Under the pieces are notes generated by a model that made no database searches, was not told the origin of the DNA, and saw nothing but the letters and a program-made list of their open reading frames with translations. Positions 22,746 through 33,564 of a DNA stretch of 34,388 bases are shown one piece after another. The stretch is from a virus. Its lineage: Duplodnaviria > Caudoviricetes. A program made the translations under genes and the position numbers. Where the stretch lies: the IMG/VR virus record IMGVR_UViG_3300027780_000034, positions 1 through 34,388 of that record. One strand, written 5' to 3'. Numbering within the stretch: position 1 is the stretch's first letter; each line of letters opens with the position of its first letter.

Positions 22746-24416
22746 CTAAATCCAATTATTAACACCTATAGACCCCTTATTTCTCTTATGGAATGTGTTC
22801 TCAAACTCTAGGAGTTGTTCTTTAATAAGGTCTTGTTTTCTTTCTTGCATCTTAAGGTCAACATCTTGGTTCATTTGTTCTACCCAATAGCTGACAGCCA
22901 TAGATAGAGCATCAAGTCTATCATCATGAGTAATAGCCCCACGGTCTCTTGTTATACGAGACATCTGGTAGAACAGTTGGTACTTTAGTTGTGCTTCTGG
23001 TTTATATGAGCTGCAACTATCGTAGTCCTTACGGATAACCTTAGGGTCAACTACGAGCTTATGGTTAGCCATTACAGGCTCTAGGGTCTCAATGATGCGT
23101 AGTTCTTTTTGTTTAGAGTGACGGACTTCTTCTATGGTGCAGGGGTAAACCTTATTTAGAATGGGTCTAAGTAGTTCAACGAACATACCATCACCGAAGT
23201 TAGACTCGACTATGATAGCGTTTACTTTGTGTTCCTTGGCTATCATTGTTAAATTCTTAAGGGTAGCCTCGTCGTAGCCCCCAGAGAGACCACCTGCTTC
23301 TGGGACAAATAGTGTACCATTGAGCATCTTAACGACGGCATATCCAGTCTCATCCTTACCACGACCAGATGGGTCAATACTAAGGACACTGCCTGTGAAC
23401 TCTACGTGGTCACCTACGGTGGTCATAGGGCGGTAGTATCTGTCACCTGAGAGTCCGACGTTAGGGATGCTACCATCATACTCAAGGTCAGGGGAGGCAG
23501 CCCACACAAGTTTCTCAGGTGCTACCTCTTTATCAATAGGGGTAACGATGAGGTCACTGAGTTTTAGGGGGTATCTATCGACATCACTCAAGCGTGCATC
23601 CAGCATGAACTGCATGGCAAAACCAGCGGAACCATAGGATATTTGTCGTTCTCGTAGGTCGATGTTAGAAAAGCGGGTGGGTTCAGTAGAGTCTCCTTCT
23701 TTCTCAGAATCAACGCATAGATGGCTCACGTTGCCGTTGTAGGCGTTTTCGTGCTTAGTTGGAGTAATGTATTGCGCAGTCCATACGCGCGTCTTGTAGC
23801 CCCTCTCAGACAGCTTATAATAGATTGTGTCTTCACACTGGGGTGTTCCTAGGACTAATATCTTAGCGTTGTCGTCAGGTTTGAGGATAGCGTCGAACTC
23901 TTTGATTTGTTCTGACAGCTTGTCCCTCATGGTTTGGGTAGCACTATTGTTGGGTACTTCCACGTCGTCTGCTACTATGATGTCAGCACGACTACCTGTT
24001 AGCTGTGAAGTGACCCCAAGCGACTTGACGGAGGGTGCGTGTGAGGCTGGAGCGAGTCCAACATCAAAAGATATCTTAGAGAATCTCTGATTTGGCTTAG
24101 GTCGCAGGTGCTCGAGGATAGCAAGTTCATGGATAATCCTAAGCGTAAATGTCGAGAAATCGTCCGCTCTAGTCTTAGAAGCCGAGATAACAAGGATGTT
24201 CTTTCGAGGGTCGAGGAGCAACTGGTGTACAACAAAAGCAGAGCATATCCACGACTTTCCAACTCCTCGGAAACCCTGTATAATAGCTCTTCGGTCTCCT
24301 GATTGCATAAAGGAAGCAATCTCATATTGGATAGGGGTAGGGTCTGGAAGGTTTAGTTCTTTCCATACAATGTAAAGGAAGTTACGAAAATCCTTTAACT
24401 GTTCAGGGACTTCCAT
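22746..24416 (-). CDS. terL: Terminase large subunit (T7 gp19-like)
   Basis: QGFRGVGKSW, GSRADIIVADDVE, SIDPSGRGKDE, HDDRLDAL. Confidence 0.98.
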   Translation of the reverse strand: MEVPEQLKDFRNFLYIVWKELNLPDPTPIQYEIASFMQSGDRRAIIQGFRGVGKSWICSAFVVHQLLLDPRKNILVISASKTRADDFSTFTLRIIHELAILEHLRPKPNQRFSKISFDVGLAPASHAPSVKSLGVTSQLTGSRADIIVADDVEVPNNSATQTMRDKLSEQIKEFDAILKPDDNAKILVLGTPQCEDTIYYKLSERGYKTRVWTAQYITPTKHENAYNGNVSHLCVDSEKEGDSTEPTRFSNIDLRERQISYGSAGFAMQFMLDARLSDVDRYPLKLSDLIVTPIDKEVAPEKLVWAASPDLEYDGSIPNVGLSGDRYYRPMTTVGDHVEFTGSVLSIDPSGRGKDETGYAVVKMLNGTLFVPEAGGLSGGYDEATLKNLTMIAKEHKVNAIIVESNFGDGMFVELLRPILNKVYPCTIEEVRHSKQKELRIIETLEPVMANHKLVVDPKVIRKDYDSCSSYKPEAQLKYQLFYQMSRITRDRGAITHDDRLDALSMAVSYWVEQMNQDVDLKMQERKQDLIKEQLLEFENTFHKRNKGSIGVNNWI

Positions 24417-24652
24417 TAATCGTTATAGGCTCGTATCACTTTGTCTACAGCGTCATCTTTAAATGGTAATACTTTTACTAACTCATTCATAGGGTTGTCG
24501 TTGGTTACTGTAGCGGAGATGTTATTATCTTTGAGCATCTGCCGAGCAGCGTTAAGGTCGCTAGGGGTAGCGTTGCCACTGTTGATACGGCTGATAAACT
24601 CATCAATAAGAATATCCTGTAAGTTATTAAGTTTAAGGGACTTGTCACTCAT
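24416..24652 (-). CDS. terS: Terminase small subunit (T7 gp18-like)
   Basis: SGNATPSDLNAARQMLKDNNI...LPF; TAATG-coupled to terL. Confidence 0.9.
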   Translation of the reverse strand: MSDKSLKLNNLQDILIDEFISRINSGNATPSDLNAARQMLKDNNISATVTNDNPMNELVKVLPFKDDAVDKVIRAYND

Positions 24653-24801
24653 TATTTTAATTCCTTTATGATTTTAATTACTAGATAGATAAACGAGGCG
24701 AGACCTACAAAGGTAGCCACAAGAACATTAATATCTGCTAATGTTAGAGTGCCGAGGATACCCATGAATCCGACAAGTGAGGGGAAGTGTTGTGATTCCA
24801 T
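24652..24801 (-). CDS. Holin (T7 gp17.5 position), 49 aa
   Basis: Manual: MESQHFPSLVGFMGILGTLTLADINVLVATFVGLASFIYLVIKIIKELK; hydrophobic with charged tail; TAATG overlaps on both sides. Confidence 0.7.
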   Translation of the reverse strand: MESQHFPSLVGFMGILGTLTLADINVLVATFVGLASFIYLVIKIIKELK

Positions 24802-25829
24802 TATGGGGTTATCTCTGTAATGGTTATAGATGAAGCATAAACTCCCCCATAAACTCTATTTGTATTATTAGTTCCATTAAAAGTAAAATTATTAGTATGA
24901 GAACCAGCTCTAACTTTGAAAGTAGTAGCACTAGTTGTTCCTGCTATCATGAAATGCTTAAAGGCTATAGTTGTTTGTCCAGTTCCAGTTGGGTGGAAAA
25001 AACCCATTGCGGCTAAAGCACTAGCCGTACTATCTTGAAACAAAGCAACAGTTACAGCAGCAGCAACAGTAGGACTTCCACCAACCACAACTTCTATTAA
25101 TAATTTACTTGTTGCACTTGTTGGTGTAATTTCTAAAGTCATAAATTCTCCACCCTCAGTATTTTGAGGTATGGAGTCATCATTTGTTATAGTAGAAGTT
25201 GTGTGAGCTACCGCACCTGTTTGAAAATGTTTAACCTGTAAAACTTTACCCGCACTAACATTTGTAAGTTGACTTCCATCAACCGCAGGTAGTTTAGCAG
25301 TGCCATCGAGTTTTACTAGGTTGTTCGCACTTGTTCCCACACCACTAGCAAGTTTACTGTCAGCAATACTACCCGCAAGTTTATCTTGGGTAATACTTCC
25401 TGCAAGTTTATCGTTAGTGATACCACCAGCTAACTGCGAGTTGACTACGTTACCTATACCGCTACCACCTTCAGGGTCAGCATCTTCTGCTACCTCTTGT
25501 GCCACAAACAGTCCTTGTTGGTAAGCCGTATCAAGGTCACTCTCTGACAACCTTGAGCCGTTCTGGAAGTCTATCAATGGTTCCGTTGTGGAAGAACGAA
25601 ACACTCGTATCGTTGAGTAAGCTGTTGGTGTAGCACTCAGAGTGACTGTTGTCGTTCCTCTTGAGGATATTGTTAGTTCTGTCCATGTGCTTCCATTTAA
25701 TCCTTTTATGCGGATGTCGTTGATGCTTAGAAACTTAGTGGGTGCAGTGAAGGTGGTCTGTCCGAAGGCGTTAGTGCCTGTGCCAGTTCCATTGCTTGCG
25801 GTTGTATATTCAACATATGAGTTTGCCAT
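24801..25829 (-). CDS. Tail fibre protein (T7 gp17-like N-terminal anchor)
   Basis: IRVFRSS...LIDFQNGSRLSESDLD...LFVAQE anchor; short ITxDKLAG repeats; position before holin. Confidence 0.88.
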   Translation of the reverse strand: MANSYVEYTTASNGTGTGTNAFGQTTFTAPTKFLSINDIRIKGLNGSTWTELTISSRGTTTVTLSATPTAYSTIRVFRSSTTEPLIDFQNGSRLSESDLDTAYQQGLFVAQEVAEDADPEGGSGIGNVVNSQLAGGITNDKLAGSITQDKLAGSIADSKLASGVGTSANNLVKLDGTAKLPAVDGSQLTNVSAGKVLQVKHFQTGAVAHTTSTITNDDSIPQNTEGGEFMTLEITPTSATSKLLIEVVVGGSPTVAAAVTVALFQDSTASALAAMGFFHPTGTGQTTIAFKHFMIAGTTSATTFKVRAGSHTNNFTFNGTNNTNRVYGGVYASSITITEITP

Positions 25830-25848
25830 TGTATTAGGGGGTTAGAAT

Positions 25849-28800
25849 TTAAAAGATTGGTTTTGGTAATTTAGTGTTCAAGATTTCATCGCCTTGGAAT
25901 TGTAGTTTTAACATATTATCATAAAGGTTCTCATTTTCTTTATTAACAAAGCGACCTAAAAGTGAAGCGTCTTCACGCATCATTTCTTTAATCTCTCTGT
26001 GTTTTTTATTAAGTAATTGTCCAAATTTTAAAATACCTTTGTTTCTTGGCGTGCCTTTATCGTTAGGTATACTAAGATTTACGTCGGTCAAATATTGCCC
26101 AGTAGAGTATGTATTAAGCTCCATTTCTAAGGTAGATTGTCTTAATCGTTCTGCGAAGTGCTGATGTAATGTAACACCGCTTTCATCACGCCACTCGTGC
26201 ATATTACCTTCAACATAGAAGCCAGCATCTAGTGAGGCATCTAGTACCTTTTCGTGGTCAGACGCAATAACATTTTGATAAGGTTTTCTCTCTATTTCTT
26301 TAGGAGACGCAAACCTGTTCCAAGTATGGTGTATGGTTCTATCATTTGTTACGAATTGACCTGCAATGTCCACCTTACGGTTTGGAGTAGCTTTCCCAAA
26401 GGAGTAGTACATAATTCTATCACTAAATGTACCCCCCTTTAATTCACTTATAGTGTCTTGAGCCGTAGCGTAGCTAGTGACTTTCCTAATCCATGAAGGA
26501 ACTGGTAACGCATAACTAGATGCAACTTTAGCAACCATAGCGCTGAATCTTTCGTTGCTTCCTGAAAACAAACCATCTAGGTCTGCAAGTCCCTGTGATG
26601 TAGGTAGTTCTCTCGATGCGGTTTTAAGTGACTCTAATATTAATGTAAGTCCACTTAGGTCGTCCGAAAGTTGATTGTTCTTTTTAGCTCGCATATACCT
26701 CCCAAGGTCAGCAGAGAAAGCCATTAATAAATTTACTGGAACCGCTGCACGATAATCCATTCCAAACATTGTGAAGTCTTTTACCTTATCTCTGTTCTTT
26801 CTCTTCTGGTCGGCAGTCATCCAAGCATTTGTGCCTGTGGCTTTACCCATATAACCTGCGGCAAATGCCGCGCTACCTAAAGATAGTTGTATCACAACAT
26901 CAGTAAGAACTTCTTTGTTGTGGTTAATTCTACGAAGCTCTGCTCTCTTTATACGATTATCTAAATTAATAGATTCTAGTTCTTTGTCTCTTATCCACTT
27001 TTTACTTTCAGTCGGTCTCCCTGCTTCTAGTTTGGCAATAACATCCTTTTGTTTGTTAGCTAATTGCTTTTTGATGCCCACGTAAGGATTACCCACGGCA
27101 GGTATGCCCGTGTTAGTAGCTCCTAAGACACGCAACGGATTTGCTAGGGTAGCTGATTTAACAACCGAACGAACGCCAACTTTATAGAAGGGCATAAACA
27201 ATTCGATTACAGCACCAACAACCATACGCTTACCGTCTCTATCGTCGTTCAACATCCCTGAGATGGGTTTGATTAAGATTTGTTCTGTTAAGTTTTGAGC
27301 AACATCTTCTAGGTCTCCGTGTGATGCCATCAATAATGCGTCATCAATTCTTGAAAAGTCATCGGCTAGTTCATCAACTTGAGCTAATACTTTAAAACCA
27401 TTAGCATCTCTTAACCAACTATTTAGGAGTTTATCGGAATACTCTTTAGCTTTGGCAGGGTCACTTGGATGGTTTAATAAGGCTTTCTTTCGTGACTCGG
27501 CTCGTGCCGCTGCGAATCTGAGTTGCCTTTTAAACGTAGCATCCACACCAATAATGCTTCTCGCTCCCCAGCTTAGGAATGGTAGTATTTTACCTAGTGC
27601 CAACTTTTCGTTAGCCCATGCAATTGTTGCATCTTGCCCATAAGCTGCTCGCTGTGCTGTTTGACGGGCATTAGTAACAACACCATCTAGACCCAGTGGG
27701 GTTATCTCTCTTGCGGCTGACATTTTAAAGTCATCCCCAAATCTAGTAGAGGAACCATAGCTAGGGTCTTGTCCTGTTTTGTAGGCTCTATAAAAGTGTT
27801 TCCAAGTGTCTGCCTTAAACAAACCCATCATCGCTTCGCCAGCCGCTTCTATTTCAAATTGTGCTGCCTGTGCTTCTAAATCAGTTTTAGCTAGCGCCTT
27901 TCCTATGTAGGCTTTAGGAAATAACTTTATCATTTCAAATGCGCCCGTAGGTAAGGCAGCCATTGCAGAAGTAGGTGAGTTGACCATGCCTAACTTACGA
28001 AGGATACGTGCGGTTCTAAATAGCTTTACACCAACACCTGCGTTCTCCATCTCTGCTTCACGATAAACATAATCGTAAACATCATCCCAAAGTTTAGCTT
28101 TAGCTTCTAATCGTATTTGCTTCTTTTCATCATCAACGATTTTCTTTAAGCGTTCTCTAAATAATTTCTTTGCCGCTCTTTGTCGTGCTTTAGCCTCATT
28201 AATTTTCTTGTTAAGAGATTCTTTAGGTTTATTTCCTTTACCGCCAACTTCAAGTTGCATCTCAGCAGGGTCATTACGGGCAGCTATCTCAGCTAAACGG
28301 GCAACCTCCAGTTCTTCCTTAACAACTTTCTCTGCTTCACGCTTATACCTTTTAGCGTTAGCAATACTATTCTTAAGTCGTTTAACTTCAGGGTCTTCTG
28401 CTTTCTTATTACCCTTGCTTCCTTTAGCTTCTTCAGGTGACCTACCAGAAATATTTGGTAATAGTTCATCTAATTGCTTTTGAAGTTTTGCAATGCGTTT
28501 ATCTAAAGCAGAAACAACTGGTGATACTGTAGGTTCATCTACATCAGCATTAGAACCACTATCAATTTCTTCGTTCTTCTTTCCCGTTTTGGGATTAGGA
28601 CTTTCTTCACCTCTGGGTTGCGGGGTGTCTTTAGGTGGTGTAGGTGTTTCATCTACCTTCTTTTGAATTGCATCTAAAAGGTCTTTGCGTGTATCAAAAG
28701 TAGTGTTTATTTCATCAATTCTATCTAATTTGCTTGTGCTTTTACCCTCTATATCAAATTGACCAATTCCTTTTTCATCGGTAAAAAAATACTTTCTCCC

Positions 28801-30690
28801 AAGACCTTCGATTGTTGCGGATGTGATATATCTTGTTTCGCCATTTACGACAACCGATTGCACTGGAAACCCACCTGTTTCAAACGCTGATAAGACTTTT
28901 TTAGGCTTGAGGTTTGTTTCTAGTTTAGGAGTCTCTGGAGCGTCTTTAGGTGTTGCTGGAGCTTCTCCGTCTGGCTTAGGAGTAGCTGGTGTGTCGACCT
29001 CTACTGGTTTAGATACTGGTTTTTTACCTTCTAATACTTTATCAGCAGCAGCAATGAAATCATCAACAGTATCAGTGCCATCTATCACGCTCCTCAATCT
29101 ACGCTTGATTACATTCAAGGCATCTTTAGTTTGTTGATTAGCAAGAGAATATGTAGAGTTAGGAGCAGGACTAGAGTTAAGATTATTAGCTCTCACCGCT
29201 CTACCAGCCGCAGTATTTATTCGACCATGAACACTATCTAGCAATTTGATTTGAGTATCAACATCCTCAAGAAGTCTTGCGATTGTTGGCATATCAATGT
29301 CGTCACCCATAAGTGCTAACTTCTCAATGGCAATGCCCATGTCATAGTCGGCAGCTTCGTAAATCCTTCGCGTAATTCTTGTGATTTCGTCAGTAACACT
29401 ACCTTCATCTAAATTATCTACTGCGGTCTGCCACTTTTCTTCAAGGTCTATTAGTATTCTATCTAGTGTGCTTTCATCAAGAGCCTTATCAAGATTGATT
29501 TCTTCTTTGAGTTCGTCTGTGTCGAGCTTTTCTTGATTTTCAAGTCGCTCTCTTTTCTCTTTAAGAATTGCTGGTTCAGGTTGGTCAATAGCTGTAGAAG
29601 GATTGGTTTCATCGGCAGACAAATGAGCGTCAGCTTTCTTGGTATCCTCAACCATATCTTCAAGAATTTCTAAGGCTTGCTCGTGTTCGCCTTTCTTAAT
29701 GGTTAAGTCATTAAGCTTTTTGTTCTTAGATGGTTTATTTATGTTCTGTCCAAGCTTTTCAATATCTTTATTAATATCTTCAATAGCCTGTTTAGTTCTA
29801 TCTCTAGCTCTTTCTGATACAGTGGTTGCTTGTTTACGCCCCCAAGCTCCTGACTTCGATAATACACCAAATATTGAATTAAAACCTCCACCAAGAAGAG
29901 TGGATGTTGCATAATCCCATCCGTTCCTCTCTTCAATGTCATTCATCTGGAGAGCTAACTCTTGACGCATTACGGACTCTGTAAGTCCCAATACTGCTCC
30001 ACTTACAAATTTAGGAGCGCCTTTAACTAATAACTCTCTCCCTTTCCAAGCAGCTAAATCAACAACACCTTTCTTAGCGTTGTGAGTTGTTTCGGCTACA
30101 ATCTTTAAAGGCATCGCCTTATTAATTTTATCACCAATCTTAGCTAAAGCAAAAGCGCTTTCTACTGGTTGTGCAATCGTACCAAAGACAGCGGAGCTTA
30201 TGAGTTCACTAGAATGTATTCCTTCTTGAACGCCCATGGCATTACGAGTACCTTGTCCAGCCAAGTTAGCTAACGCCCATATACCCGCTTCGGTAACAGC
30301 AAATGTACCAACTTGTGCAACTGCGCCCCAAGGGGTAAAGGATTTCTGCCATGTAGCTAAGTTGGCTACTCTTAAGGCTCTTAAAGAATTTAAAATCTTT
30401 TTAGAATTAGATACGGTTTGTTGGTATCTACCAGCACTGTTGAGCTTATGGGACATATAAAATCCCCCGCCCATCTCAACTGCCGCACCTGCTCCGTAAC
30501 CTTTTATTTGATGCCATGTGTCATTCTCTTCTGCTTCAGCAGCAGCGTCATAGGTAGTATTCTCCCAAGAAGTAGGGACAGTTTTAAGCTCCCTTTCTGT
30601 GCTAGTAACCGCAGGATTAATGGTGTCTATGACTTCTTCGTCTTCACGCTTGCCGTCAGTTATAGGATTAAATGTAATTATATCAGCCAT
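25849..30690 (-). CDS. Large internal virion (ejection) protein, gp16 position
   Basis: 1613 aa; synteny between the gp15-like gene and tail fibre; no motif-level confirmation. Confidence 0.7.
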   Translation of the reverse strand: MADIITFNPITDGKREDEEVIDTINPAVTSTERELKTVPTSWENTTYDAAAEAEENDTWHQIKGYGAGAAVEMGGGFYMSHKLNSAGRYQQTVSNSKKILNSLRALRVANLATWQKSFTPWGAVAQVGTFAVTEAGIWALANLAGQGTRNAMGVQEGIHSSELISSAVFGTIAQPVESAFALAKIGDKINKAMPLKIVAETTHNAKKGVVDLAAWKGRELLVKGAPKFVSGAVLGLTESVMRQELALQMNDIEERNGWDYATSTLLGGGFNSIFGVLSKSGAWGRKQATTVSERARDRTKQAIEDINKDIEKLGQNINKPSKNKKLNDLTIKKGEHEQALEILEDMVEDTKKADAHLSADETNPSTAIDQPEPAILKEKRERLENQEKLDTDELKEEINLDKALDESTLDRILIDLEEKWQTAVDNLDEGSVTDEITRITRRIYEAADYDMGIAIEKLALMGDDIDMPTIARLLEDVDTQIKLLDSVHGRINTAAGRAVRANNLNSSPAPNSTYSLANQQTKDALNVIKRRLRSVIDGTDTVDDFIAAADKVLEGKKPVSKPVEVDTPATPKPDGEAPATPKDAPETPKLETNLKPKKVLSAFETGGFPVQSVVVNGETRYITSATIEGLGRKYFFTDEKGIGQFDIEGKSTSKLDRIDEINTTFDTRKDLLDAIQKKVDETPTPPKDTPQPRGEESPNPKTGKKNEEIDSGSNADVDEPTVSPVVSALDKRIAKLQKQLDELLPNISGRSPEEAKGSKGNKKAEDPEVKRLKNSIANAKRYKREAEKVVKEELEVARLAEIAARNDPAEMQLEVGGKGNKPKESLNKKINEAKARQRAAKKLFRERLKKIVDDEKKQIRLEAKAKLWDDVYDYVYREAEMENAGVGVKLFRTARILRKLGMVNSPTSAMAALPTGAFEMIKLFPKAYIGKALAKTDLEAQAAQFEIEAAGEAMMGLFKADTWKHFYRAYKTGQDPSYGSSTRFGDDFKMSAAREITPLGLDGVVTNARQTAQRAAYGQDATIAWANEKLALGKILPFLSWGARSIIGVDATFKRQLRFAAARAESRKKALLNHPSDPAKAKEYSDKLLNSWLRDANGFKVLAQVDELADDFSRIDDALLMASHGDLEDVAQNLTEQILIKPISGMLNDDRDGKRMVVGAVIELFMPFYKVGVRSVVKSATLANPLRVLGATNTGIPAVGNPYVGIKKQLANKQKDVIAKLEAGRPTESKKWIRDKELESINLDNRIKRAELRRINHNKEVLTDVVIQLSLGSAAFAAGYMGKATGTNAWMTADQKRKNRDKVKDFTMFGMDYRAAVPVNLLMAFSADLGRYMRAKKNNQLSDDLSGLTLILESLKTASRELPTSQGLADLDGLFSGSNERFSAMVAKVASSYALPVPSWIRKVTSYATAQDTISELKGGTFSDRIMYYSFGKATPNRKVDIAGQFVTNDRTIHHTWNRFASPKEIERKPYQNVIASDHEKVLDASLDAGFYVEGNMHEWRDESGVTLHQHFAERLRQSTLEMELNTYSTGQYLTDVNLSIPNDKGTPRNKGILKFGQLLNKKHREIKEMMREDASLLGRFVNKENENLYDNMLKLQFQGDEILNTKLPKPIF

Positions 30691-33041
30691 TAATATTTTT
30701 CTACTAGGTCTTTCTGAACATTCATAAACTGTCCAAATGTTTCAGAATTAAATATTCCGAAGTCTGTAAGCGCATCAAATGCTTTTTGTTCGTCTTCTGT
30801 TAAAATTTCTCCAAGCGTTGCTTTATTATAAGCCCCTTGCCACGCTACAGAAACTTCTGTAAGTTCGTCTATATTTCCAAACAAGCGTACTTCAGCATAG
30901 GATAAACCAGTCTTCCTTAAGTCTTCAGCAGCTTCAGGAGTGTAGGTAGGGTAACCATAAGCCACCATCGTAGCTTGAAGGGCATTTCTATCCTTATTGT
31001 CCCTCATATTTTTATAGATACTTTGAAACTCTTCTACATTTTTGTAAGCGTACTTCTCAGAAAACATACGTTTTCGTAGTAATTGCAGGTGTGGATATTG
31101 TTTAATATCTGTTTCATCCTTGATGCTTTGCTCTACAAATCTCTCCGAGGATGTTGTAATGTCAAGTTTCTTAAAGTCACCAACTCCATATTCTTTGGTA
31201 TTTGGTTTATCCGCTCTAAAATTAAACTCAGAAGGGGCAACACCTGTTCGCGAAATGTTAGCATCTCTTCCATACCCGAAGTTCAAATAATCATTGTAAT
31301 TAGTTTTAGATTCAAACAACTGAGCTAAGTTATTTGCATAGTAATTTCTTAATTCAGATACTTTTTTTGTTAAGAGTTCATCTCTCTTCTCATCATCAAT
31401 GATGGTTGAAGAATAGTCTTCTAAATCCTGTTGAATAATTGGAAAATAATTATCAGAATACTCATCAACAAATGCTGACCATTTAGTAGCTGCTTCTTTT
31501 GTCTTATCTGGGCTAAAGAATCTTAAATTGCTAAATTCATTCTTGAGCGTTACTTTCAAAGAGTCTTCATTAAAGCCAGCAAAGGTTTTATTACTTGCTG
31601 TCCAATCTAATTGGTGGGCTTCTTCATAAGCTTTTTGAACATCGTCAGGTACTTTCGCTCCTGCAAACCCTATATCTTCCATATAGGACTTAGGCTTCAT
31701 GAATTTATTCCTAGGAAGTTTAAACCAATCAACAGCACCTTTGACGGCATTAGTTCGTTGTATATTAGTTAGTCCATTAACCAACCAAGGTCTTTGTACC
31801 GCTTCGTTAGCATAGTAATCTACAAATCCTTGAGCGCTTAAATTAAATATAGTTTTTGTATTATCAGGGACACCTATAACTTTTCCGTCTTCCCCTTCAA
31901 AGTCTAGCGTACCTGCCTCATTGAGAATAGTTTTTAACTGCTCTACTTTTTGACTACTTGTTAATTCACTATTATTAAACTTAGCAATTAATGTATCTAC
32001 CTGTTCGTCAGGAATGTTAGGGCGTAACTTAGTTATTAAATCTTTTACTTGATTAACAGCGCTTGTCGGAACTTCTTCACCTTTACCATAGCCCGCTAAT
32101 GTTGTGGATACGAAAGCAAAACTATTTCTTATTTGAGTCGCGACACCTCTAGTATCAACGTCATCATTATTCTTTTTGGCTTTTCTAATATTATCTTCAA
32201 GGTTCACTACTTTAGTTAAATCATCGCCAGCATACTTAGCTCCCTTGAAGAACTCACGACTTTTTAATTTGTCCATAACCTCTAAAGCTCTATCATATTG
32301 ACCGTCTTTAGAAAATTGATTAGCAATCGCTAAGCCATTAGTAAGTAACTCTGCTTTAGATTCTGATTTACTTAGGAGACCTCCTTCTTGTGTTTCCGCT
32401 AAGAAAGTTGAAAAAGAAGTATCAATATCCCCACCCGCTTTGAGGGATTTCTGCATATTGGTGGCTTTAAAATCAACAGTACCCTTAATAACATTTTGAC
32501 CAAATAACTCTCTAGTCTTGCCTTCAAGTTCTCCAATTATTTTGTCACCGAAAGCATTAATAGCGACTACACGATTAGGGTTATTGCCGAACTCTTCTTG
32601 AAGTTCCCCTATGAGTGTTTTCTTTTCTTCCGCCATTGCTGCCTCAAATGATTTGGATTCAGTATGGTTTCCAGCTATAGTAGTAAATCTTTTTGTAATA
32701 GTATCAGCGTTACGGACGTAGTAATCTTTAACAAGTTCTTGTTGAAATGTTTTATCATACCCGAGCCACTTAGACATTTGTTTCTCTTGTTTAAGCAACT
32801 CGTCCTTCTTAGTGTTATCAGTAATCTGGGAGAAGTCCTCAAGTGCTTGTGCTTGTCCTATATTATTTGCAGCGCCAATTACCGCTGGAACTTGATTCAA
32901 AGCCCTAGCGAAGTTCAACGCTTGGTTTGTTTTGTTCATCGCTTGAACTACCGTTCCGCTACCTTTGGTCTGCTCGACAGTGGGCGCTAAGGTAATCTCA
33001 GAGGGGTCGTAGCTTACTTGTACTCTATTATCAGTTGCCAT
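30690..33041 (-). CDS. Internal virion (ejection) protein, gp15 position
   Basis: 783 aa, helical composition; synteny. Confidence 0.7.
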   Translation of the reverse strand: MATDNRVQVSYDPSEITLAPTVEQTKGSGTVVQAMNKTNQALNFARALNQVPAVIGAANNIGQAQALEDFSQITDNTKKDELLKQEKQMSKWLGYDKTFQQELVKDYYVRNADTITKRFTTIAGNHTESKSFEAAMAEEKKTLIGELQEEFGNNPNRVVAINAFGDKIIGELEGKTRELFGQNVIKGTVDFKATNMQKSLKAGGDIDTSFSTFLAETQEGGLLSKSESKAELLTNGLAIANQFSKDGQYDRALEVMDKLKSREFFKGAKYAGDDLTKVVNLEDNIRKAKKNNDDVDTRGVATQIRNSFAFVSTTLAGYGKGEEVPTSAVNQVKDLITKLRPNIPDEQVDTLIAKFNNSELTSSQKVEQLKTILNEAGTLDFEGEDGKVIGVPDNTKTIFNLSAQGFVDYYANEAVQRPWLVNGLTNIQRTNAVKGAVDWFKLPRNKFMKPKSYMEDIGFAGAKVPDDVQKAYEEAHQLDWTASNKTFAGFNEDSLKVTLKNEFSNLRFFSPDKTKEAATKWSAFVDEYSDNYFPIIQQDLEDYSSTIIDDEKRDELLTKKVSELRNYYANNLAQLFESKTNYNDYLNFGYGRDANISRTGVAPSEFNFRADKPNTKEYGVGDFKKLDITTSSERFVEQSIKDETDIKQYPHLQLLRKRMFSEKYAYKNVEEFQSIYKNMRDNKDRNALQATMVAYGYPTYTPEAAEDLRKTGLSYAEVRLFGNIDELTEVSVAWQGAYNKATLGEILTEDEQKAFDALTDFGIFNSETFGQFMNVQKDLVEKY

Positions 33042-33043
33042 TA

Positions 33044-33559
33044 TTATTTAAGTGTTCCATATGTTGATAGTCCAGTTTGTGCGCCACTCACTAACGCACC
33101 TGCGTAGTTTACTTCTTCGATTGGGCGATTGATGCGTAACATATTATTAGTAAATCCTAGTCCTGCATCTCTAAGTGAAAGGTCACGTCTTACGTCTAGC
33201 ATTTGTGCTTGGGTATTCACCGAGTTATTATACATCGCTTCCTTACGAGTTAAGTCGTTCATAAGTGCATTTACGCTAAGTCCTGCAACACCTGCTTCAC
33301 CAGCAGATACTCTAGCGGTTGCTCTAGCTTCTCTAGCTCTCGTCTTATTAGATTGTAACTTCTGAGCCATAGCAACTTGCTCTTGACCTTGCTGTGTGCG
33401 CAATGAGGATACTTCATTAAGGTAACGCTGTCTCTCAACAGCAGAAGCATTTGCTTGTACCTTTTCTTGGGTTTTGGCTTGTATCTGCTGTCCTCTTATT
33501 TGAAGACCAGTCGAGGCTGCACTCATGGCGATTGAGGCGATTACTAATGGTGGACACAT
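33044..33559 (-). CDS. Internal virion protein B (T7 gp14-like)
   Basis: MCPP start with hydrophobic N-terminus, Gln/Ala-rich, SAGEAGVAGLSV motif. Confidence 0.85.
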   Translation of the reverse strand: MCPPLVIASIAMSAASTGLQIRGQQIQAKTQEKVQANASAVERQRYLNEVSSLRTQQGQEQVAMAQKLQSNKTRAREARATARVSAGEAGVAGLSVNALMNDLTRKEAMYNNSVNTQAQMLDVRRDLSLRDAGLGFTNNMLRINRPIEEVNYAGALVSGAQTGLSTYGTLK

Positions 33560-33564
33560 ATATA

